In this document: in pieces, positions 63,918 to 64,000 of the stretch
Numbering within the stretch: position 1 is the stretch's first letter
Layout of the letters: every line of letters starts with the position of its first letter
Assembly: GCF_016433145.1 (NCBI RefSeq)
Contig: NC_058132.1
Location: 526,548,576 to 526,612,575, forward strand
Direction of reading: 5' to 3'
Length of the DNA stretch: 64,000 bases
Source of the DNA: Gracilinanus agilis
Lineage: Eukaryota
Position numbers and translations under genes: made by a program
Notes under the pieces: model-generated
The model's input: only the letters and a program-made list of their open reading frames with translations
Database searches by the model: none
Told to the model about the DNA's origin: nothing

Positions 63918-64000
63918 TTACACCATAAATCAACCAATATGAGGAGTTCTACAGGCCATTCCTAACTCTTCATTTTCCTTGATAATGTTATGTTTATCTT

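Noticed and set aside
58637-64000. Last STK24 coding exons (LKEKSQA...)
   Set aside because: No matching segment seen before the window ends.

Overview
Marsupial genomic DNA, most likely the grey short-tailed opossum Monodelphis domestica. This is inferred from SINE1_Mdo-type and MAR1 SINEs, RTE LINE relics, strong CpG depletion and Sanger-style N gaps. The whole window lies inside one + strand gene, STK24 (MST3, GCKIII-family STE20 kinase). Seven internal coding exons (human exons 3-9; 57+109+158+186+146+124+69 = 849 nt = 283 codons) splice in frame with canonical GT-AG sites, from DTKLWIIMEY to ISPLFAE. Exons 1-2 and the last exons lie outside the window. The introns are dense with transposon fossils: SINE1_Mdo-type, MAR1, MIR, L1, L2, L3/CR1, RTE, several solo LTRs and at least four types of hAT MITE. 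I cannot establish a new biological system from this sequence. The most unusual structures are: (i) an 805-bp L1 5'-end-only insertion with a perfect 16-bp TSD and no poly(A); (ii) a complete 2.6-kb non-autonomous provirus (LTR-PBS(Arg)-non-coding-PPT-LTR) in sense orientation, nested MIR > ERV > MITE; (iii) an antisense LTR with a TATA-like box and a consensus splice donor pointing back across exons 5 and 4; (iv) young-looking hAT MITEs; (v) a 1.15-kb LTR element that splits an L2 endonuclease motif. One apparent duplication (40552-41137) is probably an assembly artefact. Repeat family names and human comparisons are from recall, not database searches.
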